DNA from: an uncultured Mycoplasmatota bacterium
Lineage (GTDB): Bacteria; Bacillota_I; Bacilli_A; RF39; UBA660
Direction: 5' to 3'
Length of the DNA stretch: 43,995 nt
Assembly (NCBI GenBank): GCA_947297555.1
Contig: CAMYTM010000001.1
Location: 1 to 43,995, forward strand
The translations under genes were made by a program, and so were the position numbers. Numbering within the stretch: position 1 is the stretch's first letter; the number at the start of each line of letters is the position of its first letter. The notes under the pieces are model-generated. The model had not been told where the DNA came from. It made no database searches and was given only the letters and a program-made list of their open reading frames with translations. Shown piece after piece: positions 1-9,885 of this stretch.

Positions 1-209
1 AACAGAATTAATGAAAAGATAGAGAATGTGTTGTAAAAAATCTTGCCGTTATGGTGAGATTTTTATTGTTTTATTGGAAAGTTTTGTTTATACTATTTTT
101 TAATTTAATGAAGTTAAAACTATTTCTTAGATGTGAGAAATGTTTAAACGTATTATGAAAATATAAACTGGGAATTTCTAAAAGTTTTAAAAAAAATGAA
201 GAATTACAA

Positions 210-1046
210 ATGAAAATGGTAAAGCAGTTAGGAAGTGGTGAAATGAATAGTTTGTATGTTGAAAATCTAGGTATTATTTTAACGGAGAAATGTAATTTAA
301 ATTGTGCTCATTGTTTTAGAGGAAATAAACAATGTAGGGATATTTCTCCTGAAGTTATAGACGCTATCTTTGCTCAAGTTAGAGTAATTGGCATTTTAAA
401 TATATGTGGAGGAGAGCCCACAATGGCTATAGATAAAATAGAATATCTTTTTAATAAAATTATAGAGAAAAAGATTTTGGTAGGGAATATTTGTATTACA
501 ATTAATGGAACAATTTATAGTTCGAAACTTATTAAGTTGTGTGAGTGTATATATGGGTATATTAAGGATTTTAATCCGAAGGGGTTTATTGGGATTTACG
601 TATCTTATGACAAATATCATTTAGAAGAAATGAAAAGAGAAAATATTTGTTTTTGCAAAGAAAATTTTAATAATCCTTTTTTTGCTGGAATAAGAGAACT
701 TGGTAATAATTTAAAATTATTTAGAGAAGGAAATGGGAAGTCTTTGGATAGTAATTTAACTATTCCTCTTAGACCTATGCGTTTTTTTGTTTTGGATTAT
801 TCTGCTAAAGAAGGAATTATTACTCATAAAGTTGGGCCTTTTATTACTATAAATATAGATGGAACCATTACAGAAGATAATACTACTTATGAAAATCAAC
901 AAACAATTTATAATTATGGAAATATTTTGACGGATAATTTAGTAGATTCTTTGATAGACAATGGTGCAAAAGTAGTAAAAAAAGAAATTATGTATAGGAT
1001 TTTAAGTAAAAAAGAAGTGAATAAATTTCTTTCTTATAATGAATAA
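210..1046 (+). CDS. radical SAM domain protein (small, no obvious SPASM extension)
   Basis: 278-aa ORF. CxxxCxxC motif 'CNLNCAHC' lies near the N-terminus, followed by a 'CGGEPT' glycine-rich SAM-binding-like motif. Confidence 0.7.
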   Translation: MKMVKQLGSGEMNSLYVENLGIILTEKCNLNCAHCFRGNKQCRDISPEVIDAIFAQVRVIGILNICGGEPTMAIDKIEYLFNKIIEKKILVGNICITINGTIYSSKLIKLCECIYGYIKDFNPKGFIGIYVSYDKYHLEEMKRENICFCKENFNNPFFAGIRELGNNLKLFREGNGKSLDSNLTIPLRPMRFFVLDYSAKEGIITHKVGPFITINIDGTITEDNTTYENQQTIYNYGNILTDNLVDSLIDNGAKVVKKEIMYRILSKKEVNKFLSYNE

Positions 1047-1084
1047 AAATGTTATATTAATTTTAGTTAGTTAGTGAGGTTATT

Positions 1085-2155
1085 ATGCAAATTAGTTATA
1101 ATGTAAGAAAAATTGATTATCGTAATAGATTACGAAATTTAGACGTACAAGCACAAAGTAATTTAAAAAGTGATAAATTTTTTCCTGTGTTTTATATAGA
1201 TGGAAAGGAAAAGATATTTAAACCACTTTCTAAAACAAAACCGTTATCTACACCATATTTTGCTTATAGTGAAGTAGTATGGTCAACTATTCTTAATCGT
1301 TTTTTTGATTCTTCTACTCCAGTTTATGAACTTGCTATTATTGAGCATATTGAAGATGATTTTGAAAGTAAATATCATCATGGAGTTTTAGTGGATAATA
1401 TAAGACAGAAAAACGAAGATTTAGTAAATTTATATGAATATTTTCGTGATTATCCAGAAGATGTATTTAATATTAAAGACTATATTAATTATGCATTAGA
1501 ATTTTATGATTATAGAGATTTATTTGAAACAAAGTTTATGAAGTCAAATCTGGTGGTAGCAGAAAGGTTTGTTTATCAATTGTTGTTGTCTTATTTAAAA
1601 TGTGATTTGAATTATCATTATGAAAATCCTTTGTTTAAAAGTGTAAATGGAAAGGTTATAGATATTGCTCCTATGATTGATCATGAGTTTTCAGGAATGT
1701 TTTTATTTATAGATGATTCTCTTCTTCATAATCTTTATTTTGGAAAATCAATTCGTTCTTTGTTTTCACATCATTTGGTTGTCTCAAATTATCCTATTGA
1801 TCAACAAAGATTTTTTAGTACCATTTCGCAGAATTTAGATGTTATTTCAAAGAAGTATCCTAATGTTTGTAAGTTTTTTTTGAGTAAGTTAAGAGTATTT
1901 TTAAACCATTTAGAAGAAAACCCAATTTTTTTAGAAGATAATGGATATTTAGTTCCTTTTCATAGTTTTAATTATGAGATTGGAGAACAACTTTATAAAA
2001 AACATAATTTAGAAGAAGCAGAAAGATTAAGAGTAGAAAAATCTTCAAAACAGTTTGTTTCTAATATACAGGAAGTATCTAATATACTAAATAAAGAAAT
2101 ATATGTTTATGGAAACTGTTTAGAGAAAGAGATAACAAGAAAATTACAAAAATAG
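1085..2155 (+). CDS. hypothetical protein, possibly HipA/PI3-4-kinase-like fold
   Basis: 356-aa ORF with SD 'gtgagg' upstream. 'DLNYHYENPLF' and 'IDHEFS' weakly resemble the catalytic loop (DxHxxN) and IDHG/DFG-like motif of HipA/PI-kinase-like proteins. The functional call is weak. Confidence 0.35.
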   Translation: MQISYNVRKIDYRNRLRNLDVQAQSNLKSDKFFPVFYIDGKEKIFKPLSKTKPLSTPYFAYSEVVWSTILNRFFDSSTPVYELAIIEHIEDDFESKYHHGVLVDNIRQKNEDLVNLYEYFRDYPEDVFNIKDYINYALEFYDYRDLFETKFMKSNLVVAERFVYQLLLSYLKCDLNYHYENPLFKSVNGKVIDIAPMIDHEFSGMFLFIDDSLLHNLYFGKSIRSLFSHHLVVSNYPIDQQRFFSTISQNLDVISKKYPNVCKFFLSKLRVFLNHLEENPIFLEDNGYLVPFHSFNYEIGEQLYKKHNLEEAERLRVEKSSKQFVSNIQEVSNILNKEIYVYGNCLEKEITRKLQK

Positions 2156-2197
2156 AACTGCTTTTCTTATTTCTATTTTATTTGCATATAGTTTACT

Positions 2198-2857
2198 ATG
2201 AAGAAATATTTTATGAAAGTTAGTATTTTATTTGTTATTGCAATATTATGTTTTGCAAATCATATTGTTTTAGCCAGTCTTCCTTTGACAGGAAAGTTAA
2301 TTGTAATTGATGTTGGACATGGTGGTGCAGATCCAGGTACTATGTATGGAGATATCTATGAAAAAGATATTAATCTTGCCATATCTTTGGATTTGGAGAG
2401 TGAACTTTCTAATCTTGGAGCCAGTGTGATTTTAATTCGTAATGAAGATTATGATTTATCAAAACCAAATGCTTCTTGGAGAAAGAAAAGTGACTTTGAC
2501 AATCGAATAAAATTGATAAATGGGAGTGGAGCAGACTATTATTTTTCGATTCATTTGAATTATTTAGAGGATACAAGTTATTATGGGCCGCAAGTTTTCT
2601 ATAATACAAAAAGTGAAAAAAATAAAATAATAGCAGAACAAATTCAAAGTGAATTGAATAAGGAAATTAAAACAGATAGGGAAGTAAAATTAATTCCTAG
2701 TACTACTTACATGTATAAAGAATTAAATATTGAGGGTGTATTAATTGAATGTGGTTTTTTGTCAAATGCTCATGAGCGAAGTTTGTTAGTAACGGAAGAA
2801 TATCAAAAAAAACTTGCAAAAACAATTGCAAGTGCTGTTGGAAATTTAAAATTCTAA
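2198..2857 (+). CDS. cwlD: N-acetylmuramoyl-L-alanine amidase, CwlD-like (germination-specific type)
   Basis: 219 aa. N-terminal hydrophobic anchor, then Amidase_3 motifs 'VIDVGHGGADPGT', 'SIHLN' and 'ECGFLSN'. Size and architecture match CwlD. Confidence 0.7.
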   Translation: MKKYFMKVSILFVIAILCFANHIVLASLPLTGKLIVIDVGHGGADPGTMYGDIYEKDINLAISLDLESELSNLGASVILIRNEDYDLSKPNASWRKKSDFDNRIKLINGSGADYYFSIHLNYLEDTSYYGPQVFYNTKSEKNKIIAEQIQSELNKEIKTDREVKLIPSTTYMYKELNIEGVLIECGFLSNAHERSLLVTEEYQKKLAKTIASAVGNLKF

Positions 2858-3814
2858 ATATTTCATATCCTTTTTAATATGCCAATATAGTCCAGTAGCA
2901 TAGGATTTATCTTTTAGAACTTTTTTGTATTCCTCTTCTGTCATTTTGTTCTGTATAAATGTATGAGTTGCTTCAAATAAAATGGTACACTCTTTTAATG
3001 CTCTGTTGTATAAATCAAAGAAAGATTCATTACTAGTAATAGTTTTATCAAAGGGGTTATTCCATGGGTGGTGGTCGTTATTAAAAATAGAGGAATCAAT
3101 ATTTGTAATATGCGAACTATAATTTGCATAGACACCTTCCTTTTTGGGTGTTATTTTGTCAAAAATTTTATAAAAAAATTTTTTGATTCCTGTTTGATCG
3201 ACAATTAAAAATTTATAAGCATAGTACATATATTGGCATCCTTTTTGGTATTTGTTTCCACCATTTTCTATGGAAAAAGTTTCTTTATAAGTTTTGTTTA
3301 AAAGATTGATTAATTCTTTATCTAATTTTTCTTTAGTGATTAGATGTTTGTGGATTTTAAAGTTTTTGAAAGGTTTCTTTTCTTTTTGTTTATATAAAAA
3401 TGCGTCGATTTCCATTTCCATTTTATTGTGTAAACCATTGTATTTAATTGTTTCTGGTTTTTCTTTTTTGTATTCTCCAGTTTTGTAGATAATATAAGGG
3501 TGTGTTGTACTATCTAAAATATAATGGGTAAGATGTCCATAAAGGCTTGCTAATACAGTTGGATTCTTTTGTAATTTATTTATTTTTATATATTTAATAA
3601 AGTTTAGGAAAAAAGTATCCGTGTTATTGTAATGACAATATTCTTGTAAATCGTATTTTTTAATTTTAAAAAATTCATAGAAAATAAAGGGATCAAACCC
3701 TTGAGCAAAAAGTTCGTATAAATTTTTTTTCTCTTTAAAAGTATTGGTGATTTTTTTGGTACAATTATTAAAAACATCTTTGGCAAAGTAATTATGTGTG
3801 GTAATTAAGGGCAT
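2846..3814 (-). CDS. zinc-dependent phospholipase C family-like protein
   Basis: ORF on the minus strand. The ATG at 3814 has SD 'aaaggaaa' about 9 nt upstream, whereas the track start at 3823 is a GTG abutting the SD. The N-terminus 'MPLITTHNYFA...FAQGFDPFIFY' resembles the conserved start of Zn_dep_PLPC family proteins. Convergent with cwlD, overlapping its 3' end by 12 bp. Confidence 0.5.
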   Translation of the reverse strand: MPLITTHNYFAKDVFNNCTKKITNTFKEKKNLYELFAQGFDPFIFYEFFKIKKYDLQEYCHYNNTDTFFLNFIKYIKINKLQKNPTVLASLYGHLTHYILDSTTHPYIIYKTGEYKKEKPETIKYNGLHNKMEMEIDAFLYKQKEKKPFKNFKIHKHLITKEKLDKELINLLNKTYKETFSIENGGNKYQKGCQYMYYAYKFLIVDQTGIKKFFYKIFDKITPKKEGVYANYSSHITNIDSSIFNNDHHPWNNPFDKTITSNESFFDLYNRALKECTILFEATHTFIQNKMTEEEYKKVLKDKSYATGLYWHIKKDMKYLEF

Positions 3815-3910
3815 AAATTTCACTTTCCTTTCACATTATTATAACATAATCCTCATGTAAAAAATATATACTGATTTTAGGCGTTATGATATAATGTCTA
3901 TGGTGATGAT

Positions 3911-4840
3911 ATGAATAAGATATTCAAAACTTTAGATGAGCAAATTTCTATTTTAGAAAGTAAAGGGATGATTATAGAGGATGTTTTGGCCGCTAAAGAA
4001 ATTCTTTTGCGTGAAAATTATTTCTTTATTAGTGGATATCGTCTTTTATTTATGAAGTCGATGAATGATAAAACATTTGTTCCAGGAGCAAGTTTTCGTG
4101 AACTGTATGGGGTGTTTAATTTTGATCGTCAAGTTCGAAATATTTTATTTAAAAATTTGCTTATTATTGAGAATAATTTAAAGAGTATATTATCTTATCA
4201 TTTATCTAAAACGTATGGAATTCGAGAGAATGATTATTTGAACCCTAATAATTTTAATAATCAACCAGAAAAGAAAAGGCAGATTAATGACTTAATTCAG
4301 AAAATGAAAAGACAAATTCGTTCAAATGCTGATAGTCATACGGCAACATCTCATTATAATACAAGGTACGGATATATTCCTTTGTGGATAGCCGTTAAAG
4401 TTTTATCTTTTGGGATTGTGAGTGAACTTTATTTAATTTTAAAACCAAGTGATCAAAAATCTGTCGCAGAATTTTTTGATGTGGACGCAGATGATTTAGC
4501 CACTTATTTACCAGTCCTTGCTAATTATCGTAATTTGTGTGCACATGAAGAAATTTTGTTTGACCATCGTGTACAAAGGAAAATAGAGGATACTCGTTTT
4601 CATGAGTTATTGGAAATACCAAAGATAGGTGATGAATATATTTATGGTAAAGATGATTTATTTGCACTTATTATTATTTTGAAACAAATGCTTCGTAAAG
4701 ACGATTTTAATTCTTTAATTCGAGAATTAGATTATGAGATAAATAAGTTGAATGGAAAATTAGAAAGTATTAGTATTGGAAAAGTTTTAGAAAAGATGGG
4801 ATTTCCTATCAATTATATAGAAATAGAAGGGATGAATTAG
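3911..4840 (+). CDS. Abi_2 family (AbiD/AbiF-like) abortive infection protein
   Basis: 309 aa. 'ISGYRLLF', 'LYGVFNFDRQVRNILFKNLLIIENNLKS' and 'YRNLCAHEE' match the characteristic Abi_2 (AbiD/F) pattern. Confidence 0.75.
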   Translation: MNKIFKTLDEQISILESKGMIIEDVLAAKEILLRENYFFISGYRLLFMKSMNDKTFVPGASFRELYGVFNFDRQVRNILFKNLLIIENNLKSILSYHLSKTYGIRENDYLNPNNFNNQPEKKRQINDLIQKMKRQIRSNADSHTATSHYNTRYGYIPLWIAVKVLSFGIVSELYLILKPSDQKSVAEFFDVDADDLATYLPVLANYRNLCAHEEILFDHRVQRKIEDTRFHELLEIPKIGDEYIYGKDDLFALIIILKQMLRKDDFNSLIRELDYEINKLNGKLESISIGKVLEKMGFPINYIEIEGMN

Positions 4841-4842
4841 AA

Positions 4843-5934
4843 ATGCAAGATTTTAAAGTGAATAAAAATGTAAGATATGCAGTTATTTTAATGGTGGTGT
4901 TCTTTTTAGGGGCTTTGGGGATGTTTGCACTAGTTAAGTATTCTCCAATGAATGTTATAGAAAATATAACGAAAACAGTAAAAGATGTGACGGTTACGGA
5001 TACAGGAATTGCTGATGCTGTTGAGAAAGTATATGATTCTGTTGTGACGATTGAAACATATAAAAAAGATAAGTTGTATGCAACAGGTACAGGTTTTGTT
5101 TATAAAAATGAAAATGGGAAAGGCTATATTTTAACTAATAATCATGTAATAGAAAGTGCTGATGCCGTTCGTGTTGTATTTACAAATAATAATTCAGTAG
5201 ATGCTAAAATTGTAGGCAGTGATAAGTATGCTGATATTGCTGTGTTAACTGTTGATAGCAAAAATGTTTTAAGTGTTGCATCACTTGGCAATAATTCTAA
5301 TTCTCGTATTGGAGATACTGTATTTGCAGTAGGTGCTCCTATTGATAGTAGTGCTTATTCCTGGACTGTTACAAGAGGAATTTTATCTGGTAAGGATAGA
5401 ATGGTAGAAGTAAGTCTAAATAATTCTTCTGTCAGTGACTGGGTGATGAGTGTATTGCAAACGGATGCTGCGATTAATTCTGGAAATAGTGGAGGTCCTT
5501 TATCTAATTCTAATGGAGAGGTTGTAGGAATTACTTCTATGAAACTTGCTAGTAGTCAAATTGAGGGTATGGGCTTTGCTATTCCAATAGAAGATGCCTT
5601 ATGGTATGCTGAAAAGTTTGAGAATGGGGAAAGTATTGTAAGACCTTATTTAGGAGTTTCTATGTATAATTTATCAGATATCCTAATCCGAGTAGATGCA
5701 CCTGTATCTAGTGGGGTGTATATTGATCGTGTAGAAGATGGAAGTCCAGCAAGTGAAGCAGGATTAAAAAGTGGTGATATTATTGTAAAATTAGGAAATG
5801 AAAATATTCCAAGTGTAGCATTTTTGAAGTATCAACTTTATAAACATACTGTTGGAGAAACTGTCGAAATTAGTTACTATCGCGGAGAGGAATTAAAAAC
5901 TACTTCTATACATCTAACAAAAGCAGCGAGTTGA
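4843..5934 (+). CDS. htrA: HtrA/DegP-family serine protease (S1C) with C-terminal PDZ
   Basis: 363 aa. N-terminal TM segment, trypsin-like core ('LTNNHV', 'DIAVL', 'GNSGGPL') and a PDZ-like tail ('GSPASEAGLKSGDIIVKLG'). Confidence 0.85.
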   Translation: MQDFKVNKNVRYAVILMVVFFLGALGMFALVKYSPMNVIENITKTVKDVTVTDTGIADAVEKVYDSVVTIETYKKDKLYATGTGFVYKNENGKGYILTNNHVIESADAVRVVFTNNNSVDAKIVGSDKYADIAVLTVDSKNVLSVASLGNNSNSRIGDTVFAVGAPIDSSAYSWTVTRGILSGKDRMVEVSLNNSSVSDWVMSVLQTDAAINSGNSGGPLSNSNGEVVGITSMKLASSQIEGMGFAIPIEDALWYAEKFENGESIVRPYLGVSMYNLSDILIRVDAPVSSGVYIDRVEDGSPASEAGLKSGDIIVKLGNENIPSVAFLKYQLYKHTVGETVEISYYRGEELKTTSIHLTKAAS

Positions 5935-5971
5935 ACTAGTTAAGTAAAAGTAGACAAGTAAAAAAAAATAG

Positions 5972-6009
5972 AACCCTGATTCAATTTTATATTGAATGGG
6001 GGTTTTTAT
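5972..6009 (+). terminator. rho-independent terminator after htrA
   Basis: Hairpin 'ccctgattcaat-tttat-attgaatggggg' followed by 'tttttatttt'. Confidence 0.6.
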
Positions 6010-6212
6010 TTTAAAGTATAAGAAGGTCTCTTATTATAGTAATTAATATATTTTTTTATAAATTCTGGGACATCTTCCTAATGTTTTATATCAAAATCAA
6101 TTTTTATTGTATCACTTCAAGTTAGTCTGCTTTTTTGTTTATAAAATTACGATAGTTAAGGTATAGTCTATGTTATAATAGAATAACAAGTATTTTGATT
6201 GGAGGAATGAAT

Positions 6213-7418
6213 ATGAATGAAATTAAGTGTCCTAAGTGTGGAACTATTTTTCAAATAAGTGAAACAGATTATGAATCCATTGTGAAACAAATAAGAGATA
6301 CGGAATTTGAACATGAATTGTCTATTAGAGAAACACAGTTTAATAAAGAAAAGGAAAGTGCAATTAAGTTAGCAGAAGCCAATTTAGAAAGGACATTAAA
6401 GGATAACTTAAGTAAGAAAGATTTAGAAATAGTAGAATTAAATCATCAATTAAAATTAGAACAGACTGAAAAAGAATTAGCAATTAAAATGGCGATTCAT
6501 GAAAGGGATAAAACAATTAATGAATTAAATAATAAATTAGAGTTGAATCAAGCCGATTTTTTATTAAGAGAAAAAAATTTAAAAGAAAACTATGAAGAAA
6601 AAATGAAAAATAAAGATGAACAAATTGCTTATTACAAAGATTTTAAAGCCAAACAATCTACGAAGATGATAGGGGAATCTTTAGAACAACATTGTAATAA
6701 TGAATTTAATAAGTTAAGACCTTTATTTAAAAATGCTTATTTTGAAAAAGATAATGATATTAAAACTGGCTCTAAAGGGGATTTTATTTTTAAGGATTAT
6801 GATGAAGATGGAACGGAAATTATTTCGATTATGTTTGAGATGAAAAATGAGGCCGATGAAACTTCTACTAAGCATAAGAATGAAGATTTTTTTAAAGAAT
6901 TAGATAAGGATAGAAGAGAAAAACGTTGTGAATATGCTGTTTTAGTATCATTGTTAGAAATTGATAATGAATATTATAATGGAGGTATTGTAGATGTATC
7001 TCATAAATATGAAAAGATGTATGTCATTCGTCCTCAATTTTTTATTCCTTTGATTACGTTGATACGTGGCTTTGCTATGAATTCGTTAGCATATAAAAAA
7101 GAGTTGCAAGTAGTTAAAAATCAAAATATAGATATTTCTCATTTTGAAGAAAATATGAATGCTTTTAAGGAAGGATTTGGAAGAAATTATAGGTTGGCTA
7201 GTGAAAAATTTAAGAAAGCAATTGACGAGATTGATAAAACTATTGATCATTTACAAAAAACGAAAGAGGCATTGTTATCAAGTGAGAATAATTTAAGACT
7301 TGCAAATAATAAAGCAGAAGAATTGACGATTAAAAAATTGACGCATAATAGTCCTACTATGGCAGTTAAGTTTGAAGAATTAGACAAGGCATCAAAAGTA
7401 GAAATGGTGACAGAATAA
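6213..7418 (+). CDS. DUF2130-like protein (N-terminal zinc ribbon + long coiled coil)
   Basis: GGAGG at 6201-6205 favours the ATG at 6213. '[25 protein letters not shown]' is the typical DUF2130 N-terminus. The central region is coiled-coil rich. Confidence 0.65.
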   Translation: MNEIKCPKCGTIFQISETDYESIVKQIRDTEFEHELSIRETQFNKEKESAIKLAEANLERTLKDNLSKKDLEIVELNHQLKLEQTEKELAIKMAIHERDKTINELNNKLELNQADFLLREKNLKENYEEKMKNKDEQIAYYKDFKAKQSTKMIGESLEQHCNNEFNKLRPLFKNAYFEKDNDIKTGSKGDFIFKDYDEDGTEIISIMFEMKNEADETSTKHKNEDFFKELDKDRREKRCEYAVLVSLLEIDNEYYNGGIVDVSHKYEKMYVIRPQFFIPLITLIRGFAMNSLAYKKELQVVKNQNIDISHFEENMNAFKEGFGRNYRLASEKFKKAIDEIDKTIDHLQKTKEALLSSENNLRLANNKAEELTIKKLTHNSPTMAVKFEELDKASKVEMVTE

Positions 7419-7573
7419 AAGTTACTAATTCATAGAATAGTTACATTCTTTTTCTTTTTTTCTTAATAGGGATTTATTTCTCTTTTTTTAGTTTTTCTAA
7501 AATAGAGACAGTTTGTATGATAAAATTAAGTAAACGCACAATTTATGAATGTTAAAAATATAAGGAGTTTTAT

Positions 7574-9874
7574 ATGTTAGATCAGTTACGAAACAATGAT
7601 TTGGTTATAACAAATAATAAAGATGCTATTTTAGATTATTTAGATAAAAAAAAACAATTATTAAATATTAAGATAATGACACAGCAAGAATTTATAAATC
7701 ATTATTTTGGATATACAGATACATCAGCGCTTTATTATTTAGTAGATAAGTATCATTATAAATATGATGTTGCCAAAATGTATTTAGATAATTTTTTGTT
7801 TGATGAAAAATTGTTTAAAGAATTGGAAGAAAATCACTTTATTTTTAGAACACCATTATTTAAGATGAGAATATCTCGTATTGTTATTATTGATATTGAG
7901 ATTGAGCCTTTTTTGAAAAAAGAAATAGAAAAGTATGATTATTTATATTTGAAAAGAGATAAACAAAAATTTGTACCTCAAGTTACTTTTTTTTCTACAT
8001 TAGAAGATGAAGTAGAGTATGTTGCGAACAGAGTGAGAGAGTTATTAAAAATGATGCCTACTTCTAAAATTGCAATTGTTTTAGAAAGTGGAGAGTATTT
8101 CAATACATTAAAAAGAGTATTTAAATTATACGGGATTCCTATAAATACGTATGAACCTAAAGGTATATATGGCACTTATTCTGTACATAAATTTTTGCAT
8201 ACACTAAAGGATACAAAAGATTTTTCCATGGCTTTGAATTGTATTCGAAAAGATGCTATTTATGATGCGATATTAAAGGTCTGTAATCAATATCAGTTTA
8301 CAGGAATAGATGATACAATTCTTTATTTAGTAGAAGAGGAATTAAAGCAAAAAAATATTCCTTATCAGGAAAAGAAAGAAGCCGTTCGTGTTATCAATAT
8401 GAACAAAATGGTTGATGAAGAAGATTATTATTTTATTCTTTCTTTTAATGAAGGTATTTTTCCTAAAATCTATAAAGATGAAGATTATTTAAATGATTTT
8501 CAAAAGCAAAAGATTGGTTTATTTACATCTTTTGAGAAAAATAAAAATGAGAAAGAAAAAGTAATTCGTAAAATTATGAGTTTTAAAAATGTAGTGATTA
8601 CGTATAAATTGAGTTTTCAAGGACAAAAATATTATCCTTCTTCCTTGTTAGCGGAGTTGGGTTTAGAAGGAATAGAGGGAAGTAATCATGAATATTCCTT
8701 TTCTGATTCTTATAATCAATTAAAATTAGCAAGTATGTTAGATCAATTTATTAAATACAATAAAGTTCATGAAGATTTAGGTCTTCTTATGTATAATTAC
8801 CAAGAGATTCCTTATTTAACTTATGATAATCAATTTCAAAACATTGAAATTCCTACTTTTAGAAGTTATATTCATGAAAGGTTAACTTTGTCTTATTCTA
8901 GTTTGGATACATTTTATCATTGTAGTTTTCGCTTCTTTTTGGCTAATATTTTAAATTTAGATAAGCATGAAGAAACGTTTATGAAAGTGATTGGGACTAT
9001 GTTTCATTCTATTTTATCTGTTGCTTTTCAAGAGGATTTTGATTTTGAAAGTGCATTTTCTAAATTTGTTAGTACTAATAAATTTAGCCCAAAAGAAGAT
9101 TTTTTTGTTTCAAAGTTAAAAATAAAATTATGGGAGGCAATTGAAATTATTAAAGAACAAAATCAAAATAGTGAACTAGTGCATGGGTTGTACGAAAAAA
9201 AAGTTATTATTCATAAGAAAAAGGATATTGATGTAAATTTTGTTGGTATTATAGATAAAATAAAATATAATGAATTTAATGGAAAAAAAGTTGTGTCAGT
9301 TATTGATTATAAAACGGGGGTACCTTATATTGAACTTAATCATTTATATTATGGGTTGTCTATGCAACTTCCTATTTATTTGTATTTGTTGCATTCTTTA
9401 TTTTTAGAAGATGTAGAGATTGCAGGATTTTATTTGCAAAAAGTAGTTCATGAAAATTTGTCTTTTCAAAAGGGGCATGATTATGTTAAAGAGATGAAAA
9501 AACTTTATCGTTTGGAAGGGTTTAGTACTGATAATGAAGAAATATTAAAATTAAATGATTCTCATTATGTTGATAGTAAAATGATTAAGGGAATGAGGGT
9601 TTCTTCAAAAGGATTTTATCCTTATACAAAAGTTTTAAGTGCAGAACAAATGAAAAAATTGGTAAAATTAGTGGATACGAAAGTAGAAGAAGCCATTGTG
9701 GATATTCAAAATGCTCGCTTTAGGATTAATCCAAAAATGATTGATAATGAAATTATTGGTTGTGCTTTTTGTAAATTTAAAGATATCTGTTACTGTAGTA
9801 CTAAAGATTTTGTTTTGTTAAAGAAGATGAGTTATGAAGAATTTTTGGGAAAAAGAGAAATAAATGAAAGTTAG
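7574..9874 (+). CDS. addB: helicase-exonuclease AddAB, subunit AddB
   Basis: 766 aa, immediately upstream of addA. C-terminal PD-(D/E)XK-like 'VIDYKTG' with flanking cysteines ('FYHCSFRFF', 'GCAFCKFKDICY') typical of the AddB Fe-S nuclease domain. Confidence 0.8.
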   Translation: MLDQLRNNDLVITNNKDAILDYLDKKKQLLNIKIMTQQEFINHYFGYTDTSALYYLVDKYHYKYDVAKMYLDNFLFDEKLFKELEENHFIFRTPLFKMRISRIVIIDIEIEPFLKKEIEKYDYLYLKRDKQKFVPQVTFFSTLEDEVEYVANRVRELLKMMPTSKIAIVLESGEYFNTLKRVFKLYGIPINTYEPKGIYGTYSVHKFLHTLKDTKDFSMALNCIRKDAIYDAILKVCNQYQFTGIDDTILYLVEEELKQKNIPYQEKKEAVRVINMNKMVDEEDYYFILSFNEGIFPKIYKDEDYLNDFQKQKIGLFTSFEKNKNEKEKVIRKIMSFKNVVITYKLSFQGQKYYPSSLLAELGLEGIEGSNHEYSFSDSYNQLKLASMLDQFIKYNKVHEDLGLLMYNYQEIPYLTYDNQFQNIEIPTFRSYIHERLTLSYSSLDTFYHCSFRFFLANILNLDKHEETFMKVIGTMFHSILSVAFQEDFDFESAFSKFVSTNKFSPKEDFFVSKLKIKLWEAIEIIKEQNQNSELVHGLYEKKVIIHKKKDIDVNFVGIIDKIKYNEFNGKKVVSVIDYKTGVPYIELNHLYYGLSMQLPIYLYLLHSLFLEDVEIAGFYLQKVVHENLSFQKGHDYVKEMKKLYRLEGFSTDNEEILKLNDSHYVDSKMIKGMRVSSKGFYPYTKVLSAEQMKKLVKLVDTKVEEAIVDIQNARFRINPKMIDNEIIGCAFCKFKDICYCSTKDFVLLKKMSYEEFLGKREINES

Positions 9875-9885
9875 GAGGTGAATGT

